Assembly: GCA_051362555.1 (NCBI GenBank)
Contig: CM120645.1
Coordinates: forward strand, 15,996,001-16,060,000
Source: Lingula anatina
Taxonomy: Eukaryota; Animalia; Brachiopoda
DNA: 64,000 nucleotides
Direction: 5' to 3'
In this document: piece by piece, positions 1 to 14,300 of the stretch
Layout of the letters: each line of letters begins with the position of its first letter
Numbering within the stretch: position 1 is the stretch's first letter
Made by a program: the position numbers and the translations under genes
Notes under the pieces: model-generated
Databases searched by the model: none
Told to the model about the DNA's origin: nothing
What the model saw: only the letters and a program-made list of their open reading frames with translations

Positions 1-938
1 AAACTTTAGAGAGAATCAATGGGACACGTAATTTTTTGAAGGATGCAAAGTTGTATTAAAAATCTAAAAGCAATTGTCTAGAAAGTCTTACCATTTCAGA
101 ATAAGTTTCCATATAGGGTTCAATCAATTTGTAGTCAAAAATTGAAACTATCACAATTAAACTGCCTTATTATACTGTCAACAATAGACATGTTTAATAT
201 TGCTCCAAAGCACCATCCTCACATTCTTAATAGTCTTCAGTGTTTTCTTTTTTTAATGTCTATTTCTTATGCCCATGATTGTATACATTGTTCATGGCTT
301 TCTAACAGTGTCACTACAAACAACAATTCAGTTATGCAAAATAATAGATATATTTTCCCTAAAATATTCAAGTATTATTGTGCCTTTGGTTTGAAGTCAA
401 GAAGGCTGTAGCTGACAAATATCCCCAAGTTTCTTGACTGATATTACATGGGCAGTTTGGGGATGGGGATTCCAGGCCCCCTTGCAGTGGTTTCTTTAAT
501 TACTTGACCCCAGACTGATGGCCTTCTTCCAAACTACTGGCCGGGTTTTGTGATTTTGCCCCATTGGAACTGCATTGTACTTGTTGAGCAGATGCACTTG
601 GGTCTTAACTGAAATGGAAAATTAGCAGATAGTAAATATGGTGACTTGGCAATTTTTTTCAAAATCACTGAAAAGATATCAAGAGTTTTGATGCCCCCCC
701 CTTCTTCTTACATCCTGTGCATCTCCTCCCCCTTTTGAATACTTCATAAAAATTTGCCCAACTTTTTTCTTGTATTTTTATTACTACTTTCAAATGTACT
801 AGTACCTGCTTCTATGTCAATGTCTGTGAATATCAACATAATTGAGATTTTCTGCTACATTGACACCCAAATAACATATTAATTATTGCAGTGATTTTTA
901 TTTTGAGTACTGTACCTATGATATATTACTGTATGTCA

Positions 939-1184
939 CAGGCAGGATTGAAATCCAGGCAGATTTTTAAGTTGCTTAGGCCAGATTGAAATCACAAGTC
1001 ACAGATATTTTAAATTGTTATAAAAAGATTAAACACATCCCTATAAAAGCTATTTTTGTAATACAATATATGGTCTAGAGCATCTTTTATTAACTGTCTT
1101 GCACACACGGGATTGAAAAACATTTATTTTTCGATCTTGCCCAGGAGACTTTAAATCTGCTGTGATGTCAAATTGTAATGCCTG
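939..1184. mobile_element. Degenerate MITE with CAGGCA...TGCCTG termini (hAT5-like)
   Basis: Imperfect terminal inverted repeats; flanks tgtca (934-938) and tgaca (1185-1189) form a 5-bp TSD with one mismatch. Confidence 0.45.
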
Positions 1185-1255
1185 TGACATATACACAACA
1201 TATTAACAAAAGTAACCAACTTCTCACATTGAACAACGATAAAATTAACAAATCA

Positions 1256-1910
1256 AATACTAAAAAAGCACTACGAGAGTGCAGACCTACGCCAAGGCAG
1301 CAATTTTTTATTATTATTGATTGATTACTGATCCGGGTCACCACCACTAATCACTTTTAAGTTAACCCATTTCTGACCTACCCTGAAAATTTCATCAAAA
1401 TCGGTCCCTAACTTTCTGATTTATGTTGATGATTGGTTTTTGATTATTGATTGATTATTGATGCAGATCACCACCAAAAACTAATCACTTCTAAGTTAAC
1501 CCATTTCTGACCTACCCTGAAAATTTCATCAAAATCGGTCCCTAACTTTTTGAGTTATGTTGATGATTGGTTTTTGATTATTGACTGATTATTGATCAAG
1601 ATCACCACCAAAAACTAATCACTTCTATGTTAACCCATTTCTGACCTACCCTGAACATTCATCAAAATCGGTCCATAACTTTTGGAGTTACTAGTATGTT
1701 GCTGATTGATTTTTGATTACTGATTATTGATTATTGATGCAGATCACCACCAAAAACTAATCACTTCTAAGTTAACCCATTTCTGACATACCCTGAAAAT
1801 TTCATCAAAATCAGTCCATAACTTTTTGAATTATGTTGATGACAGTCAAAAAAACAAAATAAACAAACAGACATACAGGGGTGAAAGCATAACCTCCTTG
1901 GTGGAGGTAA
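1256..1910 (+). mobile_element. Non-autonomous Helentron-type element (HINE/DINE-like), small family, with about 4 internal tandem units of 130-143 bp
   Basis: Starts ...aaagcactacgagagtgcagacctacgccaaggcagc, has repeated core aaaatttcatcaaaatcggtcc and an (acag)-type microsatellite, and ends in the hairpin acctccttggtggaggt; same family as copies at 10968, 25666, 30425, 62438 and 62680. Confidence 0.75.
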
Positions 1911-3468
1911 AAAGAAGAATCACATTCAAGTACAGTTTCTTTCAGCTCTACTGTGTAAAAAGAAAACCCGAGAAACAAACCTTAATTCTCTCAGCATCTC
2001 TCTCCAAGCCTTTGCTTCACGTTTCACAAAGCAGTGAAAGTTATATTCCAACTTGAGTCTCGATCCTCAACAATCATCTCCCCTTAACCTTCACTTGTAC
2101 ATTTTGTCCTTTTCTTTAATACCTCCATTCCTTTCAAATATTGGCTTGGGTTCTTTCTGTAAATATAAGGAAACAAAAAAAATTAGTCACACAAATTGTT
2201 CAACATGACAATACTGTAACCCAGCATAAAAGTACTAAATAAGAAAGCATACATGTACCAGCAAGATGCAGGAAAAGTGAAAATCTCATAAACAACAAGC
2301 ATAAATGTACCAATATTATTGTTTGACGGGTGTCAGGTCTATATGATTCACTTCAAAATATTCAGAGTGTTTATCTTCACGACCTACATTTATGTTATTT
2401 GCATACTCTTGCATATGTTGGCCACATCCATGACCCTTTTACACCATTAAGTAAACACAACCAAGAACACACTGTACACAAAAAAAAGTGTCAATAAAAT
2501 CCGTTTGCAGACTTGCTTTGAAAAATGTGCATAAACTTGTTCTGTTGTATTAATATATAATGTAGCTCTCTACCATGCAGTGGTATTTCTGTGCCAATAT
2601 AATATGTTTTTCAAATAACCCAGTTGTAGTGCCTATAGTGTAAGTAACACTACTCGGTAGATGTCGCGGGACATGTACAAGCTAGACCATGTGTTAAATG
2701 TCATTATACTTTTAGTTATACATACAAAAGTGACTGTTGTGCATAAATATCATTCATTACATTACATTAAATAACTATATGTTGAAAAAGGACCAAAATA
2801 TCAAGGTGCCAATTGTGTCTTTTCTTTTGTAAAAAGATACCACTCCATCTTTTCTTGTATAGAAGTGTCACTCCATTCATTGTTATAAAAAAGAAAATGG
2901 CGGATGATATGTTTGTAAGTTGATTGACATTAGTAAATGTATTACATTAAATTATCACACATGGCTAATATTTATAAATACATGTATAATCAACAGAGTT
3001 TGTGGGTTTATTCTAACCACCTGCGGGCAAAAATGTTGATTTAACTTCGGTATTTATACGTCATCAACAAAGAGTCAACACTGATACATGTACCGCGATG
3101 CAGTGGAGTAATGCAGTCTCTTCGTTGAACCACTGTGGCATGCTCACACTTGGCCACAGACTGAAAGTGGCATACTTTTTTCACGCTGAAGTATCAAATC
3201 TGGCAAAATAATACATTGTATACAATAAGGCTTTTCGATTAAAATCACAGCAATTTGCAAATTTAGTTACCAGTCTGAGAGTATGTATTACGCTAGTGTA
3301 TTACGCTAGTGTATTTCCATATGCTCAGTCAATAGATTACTAGTAGTTAAACTCCATCCTGACCTCAGTTACCATAACAGTACATAAATGTTTTGAGTAT
3401 AAATGATTCTAAACAGATAGTGTTCCGACCAGAAATAACTGACACACTTCAATTTTTTTTTTCTACAG

Positions 3469-5849
3469 TTTCAGAGTTTGTTGCAGCATAAAGTTCCACA
3501 GCAAGAGGAATCTTTACCGCAGATCACGTATTGTGGATTTCAAGAAAACAATTTGGTAAGAACTGCTTCTTTTAAAAAAATACTATACTGTACTAATAAG
3601 TAACAGGTACAACTACAAAAAGATAAATATATATTTCTCTTTTTCTTGAAGGTATTATACCTTAGAACAAAAATTGGGTCTTAGAAAAAATTTTCCAGTA
3701 TATTTCTGCCATTCTCCCCTTATCACCTGATACCAATCTGCAATTTGTACCCTATTCAAAGACACTGAAAAATTATGATATATAAACCTGTTTGAGGTTA
3801 GCTTCTATTCAAATTTTACCATCATATGAGTGAGATTAAATAATATCTACCAGGCCTGTATCTGGAGGGGTTGGGGGGGACAAACTGCCCTTTTTGCTGG
3901 AAAAGTCCACGTTGGGTAAAAAATAATCAAGGCACATGAAGTATTCACGGTAAGACCCCTTTCTTTGATATCGATGGCTACTGGCCTATCTCTAACTGAG
4001 GCAGATTAAAAACTACATGTACAATACATATCAGTGTTTCCCCTGGCTTTCAAGCTCTGTGAGGTGGTAGGCAGTCCGCGATCCCAGCAATACTAGGGGG
4101 GTCCGGGGGCATGCCCCCCCCGGAAATTTTTTTAAATCGAGGTGCAATTTGGTGCATTTTAGGGTATTTAGAACTGATTTTTTTACATTTTATGTGGCAC
4201 TGAATTGTCTTGTTTTAGATGTTTTGAGGAGTAAATTCAGTAATGACATAACAAAGGTTTGGACAAAATTTATTTTCCAGTCTGTGCATTCACTCAGTTT
4301 AGTCCTTTTCAGTTTATAGAACATACTCTTTCAAAAAAAAAAAAAAAAAAAAAAGTTAATACTTTCAAAAAAAAACAAAAAAAAAAGTTAACTACTTTAA
4401 TACTTACAAGAAACAAGAAAAAGGGCTTACTACATTGAATTATTTTTAAATTGACCAAAAAGTTGATAAAATATGTTGTTTTTACCGTTTTCACGTTCTT
4501 GTGAAAGTAACTGGTCAATTGACTTTGCGTGTGGGAGCGCTTCATCCTAATATAAAACTGCTGCAAAAAGTTCTCTCTCTTGTCGTTCAGTGCAAAGCGA
4601 CTCCCGCTACTAGTTATACGTAGTTTGAGATGTAATTTATAATCAACAACTTCAAAAACCGTTAAATGAATTCTTCGGAATTAAAGAGATGAAAATCACA
4701 CTTATCATCAATTTTAGTTCTTCGTTTATTCATTTATATGGTTCTATTCAGTCATGGAAAGTCATATTCAATGCATAGGTTTCCACGCGAAATACTGACG
4801 TGACCCAGTTTTACAACACTACTGCTTTCACAAAACTCACCCGTAAATCAATAGAAAATCTTCTCCAAGTTTATAAAATCAACGAGTCCACTTTATTTGC
4901 TCCTTTTTTATCAGTGAATATTCGTAAACTATAAAAACAAACAACAGGCGGTCTGAATTTCGGAACATGAAGTGATAGAGAAAGCGTATTCTTGACACGT
5001 GATTAAATGGTGTCAAGAACAGTTGCCTCGTTTCGCTCTGTCTCTTATACTTCAAATTAGGCACAGAACTGCGAAAACGAGGCACTCACAGGGAGATAGT
5101 AACTGCTGGTTATTTTTAGGCATACGCGCACCGTTACTACTAAATCAAGTGCTCAGAAGCATGGGATTACGTATGTAAACAGAAAATGCAATATTTGCGT
5201 AGAAATAAATATAATTTTCAGTTAGCATAAGTGAAAATATACTTTGTTGTTCCATATAGCCCAGCGTGGCGGTGCTTTTGACAAATTTCAGCGAGGCGCT
5301 TGCAAATATCAGCGAGGCGGGCGCCTCGCTCATTTAAGTGCAGGGGAAACACTGCATATCATAATTTCAGGCCCATACCTAGCCAGCAATTTCCAAGGAG
5401 GATTTCTTATTCCAAAAAAGTGGACCTTTTACCATAAAATCATCACATACCTACATCAAATTTTACCCTAAGTGGATCTTTACCCTGCTAAAAGAGCAGT
5501 TTTTTTAAACCCCCTGAACCCCCTGGACCTGTAATTTTGGAGCAGGTTTTGAATTGGTCAGTAAAGAGAAAGGTTGACATTTTAAGAAATAAATTGAATT
5601 CTTGCTGTTTAATATGCATATTGCATGCCATAAAATACCAGTATAATATCTTCTTTAGATTTAATTTTCATCTTACACTTGTTTCATTTGGTTTCCCAGG
5701 CTGGTGTAGTGAGGTTATCTATGGAACACAACAAAACAGTCCTAGTGGAGCCAACAGTTCAACCGCAAGTTACGAAAGAAGATCAAACACCTGAAACATC
5801 ACAGGGACCAAGACGAGAAGCAGATTCACTGCTTTACTCAAATGAATGA
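3469..5849 (+). CDS. Two-exon 3' cassette copy 1 (exon A 3469-3555, terminal exon B 5700-5849) of an unidentified protein; 5' exons not found in window
   Basis: Polypyrimidine tract + ctacag acceptor, 87-nt phase-0 exon FQSLLQHKVPQQEESLPQITYCGFQENNL, donor gtaaga; acceptor tttcccag, AGVVRLSMEHNKTVLVEPTVQPQVTKEDQTPETSQGPRREADSLLYSNE*; AATAAA signals at about 6338-6370. Confidence 0.5.
4032..5354. mobile_element. 1.3-kb non-autonomous DNA transposon, 14-bp TIR, 5-bp TSD (hAT5-like)
   Basis: TIR cagtgtttcccctg / caggggaaacactg; TSD catat at 4027-4031 and 5355-5359; empty site (catatcataatttcagg) in paralogous units at about 9414 and 23825. Confidence 0.85.
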
Positions 5850-6777
5850 GTTGTCTCTCTCTATTTTGGCAGTGACATTTTCACCATGAACTTACATTAT
5901 TTGCTGGCCTAGTATGTGATCTTTGGCTGAAACCACAGGAGTCAAATATTCTCAAATACACGCAGTTCTGACTTCATTTGTGGCATATAGGATAATGTAC
6001 CTATCTTCTACAATCATAAACTAGGATGAGAGACATTGCAATACTAAAGAAAAAACCTGTGGTACTCACTGTTGTTAGATGTCCTGGAAAAGATCACCAT
6101 ATATTTTTTCAAGCTGCACTTGACAGTTTTTTAACAGAATCTATACACATGAACCTAGACTTGTGGTTGGATTAACCTAACACTGAAGAAATGCTAATAC
6201 TTGGGTTTCCTTGTAAAGAATTGGTGCTTGAAGATGGAACTGAGTTATTATTTAAGTGTAAATTTATTTATTTATTTGTTAACTGGTGTATTAATTTGTT
6301 ACTTGATGTATCTCTTTGTTATTTTACATATTAAATTAATAAAATAAAACAGAATTAATAAAAAATAAAGCTCTGTAAGTAAGCTAGTGTCTTTAGTCTA
6401 TGAGCTGATGCCCAAATCTTATCTGGCTGCACTTCCATTAAGCAAAGTTTTTATGGTTGATTTTTATATCGCTGATGACAGCAATTAAAAGAAAAATGAC
6501 TTTCGTAAAGATATATTAAAATTTATATCCAAAGAGAACAATACTCTGCTAAAAATCAAGATTTTTTTTCTTAATTGAATAGTTAACCTGAGCTAGGCTA
6601 CTACTGTATGTCAAAGTGGCTACAAAATTAAAGGCTTTTTTCATGTAACCTCACACATATTACCTTCAAATTATTTTTTAAAAATCCTACACCACTTTTC
6701 AATTGCCTTTGCATGCTTTTTTTAAGATTGTTTTGGAAATTGATAGTTAGCCTATTACTACCTGAATAATCATAATA

Positions 6778-7016
6778 GGGTCCATTGCACAGATATTTAG
6801 ATCAATCTCCCTGGGGAGTCTCACTAAATTGCTATCAACTTGACCAGCTTAAATGTCTGTCACGCCTAGTAAAGCTGTTAGGGGTAATTATCTTTACCCC
6901 ATAGCTGAATCGGTAAGTGTGACAGACATTTAAGCCGCTTAGTTTACAGCAATTTAGTGAGACTCCCTAAGGTTGGATCAATCCAGATGGATCCATCTAG
7001 GCATGGGAATCCAGTC
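6778..7016. mobile_element. Palindromic MITE (PIF/Harbinger-like family)
   Basis: Internal inverted repeats ggagtctcactaaattgct / agcaatttagtgagactcc and cttaaatgtctgtcac / gtgacagacatttaag; paralogous copies at about 19206-19815 and 36024-36262; related to 43533-43747. Confidence 0.6.
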
Positions 7017-8890
7017 TTAGTGAAAAAAAATACAGCAAATGCTGCACTAAGCTTTGTATAAGTGGGGTACTTTGTAGCTAGAGAATCTGTTCAAGTTTTG
7101 GATAAATTTCAGTTTAATAATGCTCAGAAGTTTAAGCTTCAATCCTGTTGGAAAAATTGTCTTCAATATTTGTAAAAGATAAATGATATCCTAATTATGT
7201 GTCAATCTATGCAGAGCGTACTGTATCACATTGCCACTAAAATAAATAAGCAAATTAACAAATAAATTAATTACGTAAATATGGAGAGAAAAACATAAAT
7301 AAATAAAGACAACAGACAAACACACATGCAAAGTCATTTTGTTCTTTCAGCTTCAGAAGTGACCACCATTGGAAGCAATTACTGTCATACATATTAATTC
7401 AAAACTGTTTAAGGTGACATTTATGCATTAAGTGCTCTAAGGCAGTAGTAATCTTCACCTTCTCTACTTTTAGTACAAAATAATTAAATCTTTTCCAATC
7501 TCATTAATGTCATGCTGACCCCCCCCCCCCCCCCCCTTACTCACTCTTTCATAGTCCAAAATCTCTCAATGTTCAGAAATTGCATTTACAGACAAGGCTA
7601 CATGCAAGTTTGGCTGACACCATGTATCAGGTAGATTGTAAATATTCTTATCAAACCTTGAGAGACACATAATATACTTAATATACACATAGAAAACACA
7701 GGAAATAACTGTTTCAGTTATCTTAGCTGTGACCCTTGTAGAGGTTACTGTTAATGAATGCTTTGATACTTGGTCCAAAGGAACTTCTCTCTCCTTCCCT
7801 TCAAGATCTTCCAAACAATTTATCTATACCCGTATACATATAAAATCTTTTTCAGTTAATGTCAGTGTGTGCCTTCTTCTCTCCTTACACCCCCCCCCCC
7901 CCCCCCCCCCACTCCACCTCTATTTAATTACCCCTTTACAGCTTGTAGTAGGCGGGACGGACATTTAAGGCCGATTATCTGACAGTAATCTATTGAGACT
8001 CCCCGCGAGGATAGATCGATCTAAAAGCTCTGGGAATACAGCCTAAGTTTGATAAATAACACATACAGTTGTAGTGCTTAAGTGTAACAGTAGATGTCAC
8101 GGGACATGTACTACAAGCAAGGCCATGTGCTTTCATTATAAATTTAGTTATACAAAAGTGACTGCTGTGCAAAAATATTATTCATAAAAAATAATTATAT
8201 CATATTACATTAAATAACTATATGTTGAAAAAGGACCAAACAATCAAGGTGCCAATTGTCTTTTCTTTTGCAAAAAGATGCCACTCCATCTTTTCTTGTA
8301 TAGAATTGTCACTCCATTTATTGTTATAAATAAAGAAGAAAATGGCGGATGATATGTTTGTAAGTTGATTGACATAAGTAAATGTATTACCTTAAATTAC
8401 CACAGATGGCTAATCATTACAAATACATGTATAATCACCAGAGTTTGTGGGTTTATTCTTACCACCTGCGGGCAAAAATGTTGATTTAACTTCGATATTT
8501 ATATATCAACAGAGTCAACACTGATACATGTCCCGCAATTCAGTGGAGTAATGCAGTTTCTTGGTTGAACCAGTGTGCATGTACTCACACTTGGCCACAG
8601 ACTGAAAGTGGCATACTTTTTTCATACTGAAGTATCAAATCTGGCAAATAATACATTGTATACAATAAGGCTTTTCTATTGAAATCACAGCAATTTGCAA
8701 ATTTAGCTACCAGAGTAAGTATTAGGTTAGAGTATTTCCATATGCTCAGTCACTAAATTGCTAGTAGTTAAACTCAATCCTGCCCTCAATTACCATAAAT
8801 AACAGTACATAAATGATTTGAGTATAAATGATCTTAAACAGACAGTGTTCTGACCAGAAATAAATGACACACTTCAATTGTTTTTTACAG

Positions 8891-9904
8891 TTTGAAAGTT
8901 TGCTGCAGCGAACAGTTCCTCGACAAGAGGAATCTTTACCACAAATAAAATATTGTGGTTTTGAAGACAATAATCTGGTAAGAACTGGTACTTTAAACTA
9001 AATACTAATCTGTACTAATAAGTTAAAGGTACAACTACAAAAAGATAAATATGGGTGTTATATCTTAGAAAAAAAAATGGGTGTTAGAAAAAATAATTTT
9101 CTAGGATATTTCTGCCATTTTCCCTCAACACCTGATACCAATCTGCAATTTGTACCCTGTTTAAAACCACTGAAATAGATTAAATAGTATGTATATTTTG
9201 CTGTCTATCCAGGCCTATAACTAAAAGGGTTGGGGGGGGGGCGCAACAAACTGCCCTTTTTACTGGGAAAAAGTCCATGTTGGGTAAAAAATGAAGAATT
9301 CACAGTAAGAGGTCCACTTTTTCACAAAAGATCTCTTTCTTTGATGTTGATTGCTACTGGCCTAGCTATCTCTAACTGAGTCAGATTAAAAACTCCCATG
9401 CACATGGACAGTACATATCATAATTTCAGGCCTGCACCGGCCTATCCAGCAATTTTAAAGGAGGGTTTCTTTTTCCAAAAATGTGGACCTTTTACCATAA
9501 AATCTTCCATGTACCTAGATCACATTTTACCCTGATTGAACCTTTTCCCTGCTAAAAGGGCAGTTATATCGAACCCCCCGGGCCCGTTATTTTGGAGCAG
9601 GTTTTGAATTGGTCAGTAAGGAGAAAGGTTGACATTTTAAGAAATAAATTGAATTCTTGCTGTTTAATATGCTTATTGCATGCCAAAAAATACCAGTATA
9701 ATATCTTCTTTAGATTTAATTTTCATCTTACACTTGTTTCATTTGGTTTCCCAGGCTGGTGTAGTGAGGTTATCTATGGAACACAACAAAACAGTCCTAG
9801 TGAAGCCAACAGTTCAACCGCAAGTTACGAAAGGAGATCAAACACCTGAAACATCACAGGGACCAAGACGAGAAGCAGATTCACTGCTTTACTCAAAGGA
9901 ATGA
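8891..9904 (+). CDS. Two-exon 3' cassette copy 2 (exon A 8891-8977, exon B 9755-9904)
   Basis: ttttttacag / gtaaga, FESLLQRTVPRQEESLPQIKYCGFEDNNL; tttcccag, AGVVRLSMEHNKTVLVKPTVQPQVTKGDQTPETSQGPRREADSLLYSKE*. Confidence 0.5.
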
Positions 9905-10411
9905 GTTGTCTCTCTCTTTTGGCAGTGACATTTTCACCATGAACTTACATTATTTGCTGGCCTAGTATGTGATCTTTGGCTGAAACCACAGGAGTCAAAT
10001 ATTCTCAAATACACGCAGTTCTGACTTCATTTGTGGCATATAGGATAATGTACCTATCTTCTACAATCATAAACTAGGATGAGAGACATTGCAATACTAA
10101 GGAAAAAACCTGTGGTACTCACTGTTGTTAGATGTCCTGGAAAAGATCACCATATATTTTTTCAAGCTGCACTTGACAGTTTTTTAACAGAATCTATCAC
10201 ATGAACCTAGACTTGTGGTTGGATTAACCTAACACTGAAGAAATGCTAATACTTGGGTTTCCTTGTAAAGAATTGGTGCTTGAAGATGGAACTGAGTTAT
10301 TATTTAAGTGTAAATTTATTTATTTATTTGTTAACTGGTGTATTAATTTGTTACTTGATGTATCTCTTTGTTATTTTACATATTAAATTAATAAAATAAA
10401 ACAGAATTAAT

Positions 10412-11245
10412 AAACAAGGCAGCAAAGCTGTCAAATGTACAGACAAAAAACAGAAAATAAAGATGCAAAAAAAGGTCATTTTGTCAATTTTGATGCAATA
10501 ATAAATAATGCTTATAATAGCACTGTCAGTTAACACTGAATTTTAATCATGCACAACAGGTAACATGGTCAATAACAGGAGCAGACCCTGAGATATTTTC
10601 TGACAGTATTCCAAAGTATCTATGTTGATCCATCCTCCATTTTGATGCTCTTCCAACAGAAAAAAATAGATACCAGTCAATATAAACTTAATAACCTGTC
10701 TTCCAGAAGACCCAGAAGATGATCTCAATCCACCCCTTCAATAAGATTAGTTTCAGGACCATGAGAAACCAAAGTCACATGATGAAAGTCTCAATATTTG
10801 AAAAATGATGACAGTGCATAAAATAATATTATATAATGTTTAAAGACATAAAAAACAATACAATTGCTTATGTGGAAATACAGAAAATGTGCAGAGCCTC
10901 GAGCGGATGACAGTTAAAAGTCACAAATGCAAGTGTTTGAGAAAAAATTGTAAAGGAAAACAAAACAAAACTAGAAAACCACCGAGAGTGCAGAACTCTG
11001 CCAAGGCAGCAATTGTTGATTATTATTGATTATTGATTGATTATTGAGCCAGACCACCACTAAAAACTAACCATTGTCCTCTTTGGCCCAATTCTGACAG
11101 TTCCTGAAAATTTCAGCAAAATCGGTCCATAAATTTTTTGAGTTACGTTGATGACAGACAAACAGGGGTGAAAATATAACCTCCTTAGCAGAGGATGAGG
11201 TAAATATAATTTCAATGAAGCTGCTATTCAAACTTTTAATCTTTG

Positions 11246-11304
<59 letters not shown>

Positions 11305-14300
11305 ACCTGCATAATTATCACTGCTTCCTTATTATAAATCTAGCAGAGAGCTTAACTTTTGGGAGTTTACAAGGAAATATCAACAAGTGTGCTTTATGTA
11401 ATCTCCTTTAATGGCCTATCAATTAGGCAAATTACTATATAACTCAAAAATTAGATAAGTGATACCCAAGGGATATTAACAGACTGACCCTCTCAAAGGT
11501 CTTTCAGGCCCATAAGTCACATCTTAAGAAAAGCACAAAACAATGCACAAAATAGGAGACTACCAATTCTGATGCAATAATACCTTATGTTTTACTGCAT
11601 AGTCAACATCAAATTTTAATTATGCACAACAGGTAACAACGACGAAAGTAAAAGCATAAGGCTTCAGGCCCATCAGAGTTCAAGTTTATACTTAGAAATT
11701 GCCAGAATAAGAAAAATGAAAATTTCACACAAAATTGCATAAATTCAATAATAAATGATAACCCAATTGACCTGGCTTTCTCATTTGAACTGCATGCCAA
11801 TCCTAAAAATCATACTTGTAAGTTAAAAATAATAATAAGTAACACAGTTTTCTTTTCATAATGTTTGCAGTAGCAATGCAAAAATATTGTTGTCAATTTT
11901 GATGTAACATTACATAATAAATTATAGAATAATTATCACCAATTTTTGATTATTGACAATAAATAGCATGGACATGTAGAAAATTTGATTACCATTCGGC
12001 TTCATGTCCATGGGAGCTCCGAGTCCCACAATGAATATGCCAAAAAGATAATGGATATTTCACTCAAATGTATAACTTCCAGAAAAAGACGCCAATTAGA
12101 CTGCTCTTCCAACTCATTTCTGCATTTTAGTCCTGTGTTTCTTTTTTAAAGGTTTGACAGTCATAACACGGTTTTCCCATAATGGTCATGATGGCAGCAG
12201 CACCAAAAATAGGGGTTTCTTCAAATTTTGATGCAATATTACATAATGTTTAACAGCATAATGACAATCAATTTTGAATAATGGAATATTAATCACATGA
12301 ACATTCAGAAAACGTGACTAGCAAAGGTCTGCAGGCTCATGGAACTTCAAAGTCACACCTTGAAAATGCCAATATGTGAAAAATTAAATTTTCACAAAAA
12401 GCTGTTTAACTGCCAGAAAAAATTACCAAACAGACTGCATTGCCTACTGAAGCTGTATTTCAGCCCTATGTTTCTTTCCTGTAAGTTTGAAAACAGTAAG
12501 TGACATGGTTTTTTTAAATGGTCATCATGGGAGCAGTGCCCAAAATAGGGGTTTCTTCAAGTTTTGATGCAATATTACATAATGTTTAAAACAGCATAAT
12601 GGCCATCAATTTTTGATCATTAAATATAAGTATCATAGATATTCAGAAAATGTGACTAGCAAAGGTCTGCAGGCTCATGGAACTTCAAAGTCACATCTTA
12701 ACAAGGCAGCAAAGCTGTCAAATGTACAGACAAAAAGCAGGAAATAACAAAATAGGCTACTGTCAATTCTGATGCAAAAGTACAGTATGTTAAACTGCAA
12801 ACTCAACATCAAATTTTAATTATGCTCAACAGGTAATACCAATGTAAGTAAAATGTGTAACAAACATAAGGCTTCAGGCCCATGGGAGTTCAAGTTCACC
12901 CTTTGAAAATGTAAAACTTCCAGAAAAAGAAGTCAATTAGACTGCTTTTCCAACTCAGGCTGCATTTTAGTCCTGTATTTCTTTTTTGAAAGTTTGGCAA
13001 TCATAAGTAACATGGTTTTCCCATAATGGTCATCATGGCAGCAGCACCCAAAATTGTGTTTTCTTCTATTCTGATGCAATATTACATAATGGTTACCAGC
13101 AATCAATTTTTAATAATAAAATATACGTATCATGGATTTTCAGAAAATGTGACAAGCATGGGTCTTCAAGCCTGTGGAACTTCAAAGTCACACCTTGAAA
13201 ATGCCAATATGTGAAAAATTAAATTTTCACAAAAAAACTGTTAAACTGGCAGATTGCATTGCCTACTGAAGCTATATTTTAGTCCCATGTTTCTTTCCTG
13301 TAAGTTTGAGAACAGTAAATGACATGGTTTTTCTTAAATGGTCATCATGGGAGCAGTGCCCAAAATAGGGGTTTATTCAAATTTTGATGCAATATTACAT
13401 AATGTTTAACAGCATAATGACCATCAATTTTTATTAATAAAATATTAGTATCATGGATATTCAGAAAATGTGACTAGCAAAGGTCTTCAGGCCCATGGAA
13501 CTTCAAAGTCACAACTTGAAAATGCCAAAATGTAAACAAGACAGCACTGTTCTGAAATGTTTTTTTTTTCTCCATTTTTAACAATTTTTAACATAAAACA
13601 AAATTAACAGTTTACTGTCATTTTTATATGATCAACTAAGAAAATTGATGAGATGGGAAAAATATCAATAGAGCAGTGTTAAATGTCCAATTTCTTCCAT
13701 TCTGAGATTCTGAACATAGTGAATGATTGAATCTGACAAACTGCAATGATATGAGTTTATTTCCATTTTTGAAACTTTATTACACAATACGAGATAACAA
13801 GTTTACCACCATTTTTACAAAATCAACTAACAATGTTGTAAAGATGCAGGAAATGTCAAACAAAAACTTTTACGTATCTTATTAGTTTAATAATGAGACT
13901 GTTAACATGCCTAAGAATTGAATCTGAGGAAATGTGAAAAATATGCTGAAAAGTGAAAAAACAGCATAACTTCTACAATAATGGCCCGATCATGCCGATT
14001 TTCGAACTTGACCTGCGTTTTATGAATATTCATCAGCTCTGTAAATATAAAGCCAAAAAATAAAACTGCCCTCCACTTATCGTGTTTACAAGGAAAGTGC
14101 ACGGCGCCGGCGACGGCATCGCCATCGGCATCGGCGACGACAGACGCAGGTAATGGCAATATGTACAGACACATCTGTGTCTGTACATAAAAATGCCAAA
14201 ATGTAAACAAGACAGCACTGTTCTGAAATGGGTTTATTTCCATTTTTAACATTTTTTTAACATAAAACAAAATAAATAGTTTGTTGCCATTTTTATATGA

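Noticed and set aside
91-2157. Minus-strand exon-like segments (acceptors near 609 and 2158)
   Set aside because: All frames close early and no in-frame chain or recognisable domain could be built
4032-4045. CAGTG terminus with 5-bp TSD as a Transib/RAG-like signal
   Set aside because: Transib and ProtoRAG ends begin with CAC; no heptamer-spacer-nonamer arrangement or transposase ORF is present, and hAT5-like is the simpler reading
5537-5794. ORF MEQVLNWSV... (also 9592-9849)
   Set aside because: It spans intron and exon B in a different frame, starts at TTG, and is not preserved in unit 4
7566-7814. Minus-strand ORF MEDLEGKEREVPLDQ... duplicated at 20363-20611
   Set aside because: Identity is explained by recent duplication; it starts at TTG, has no convincing splice donor or domain, and its 5' half is absent from the copy near 36960
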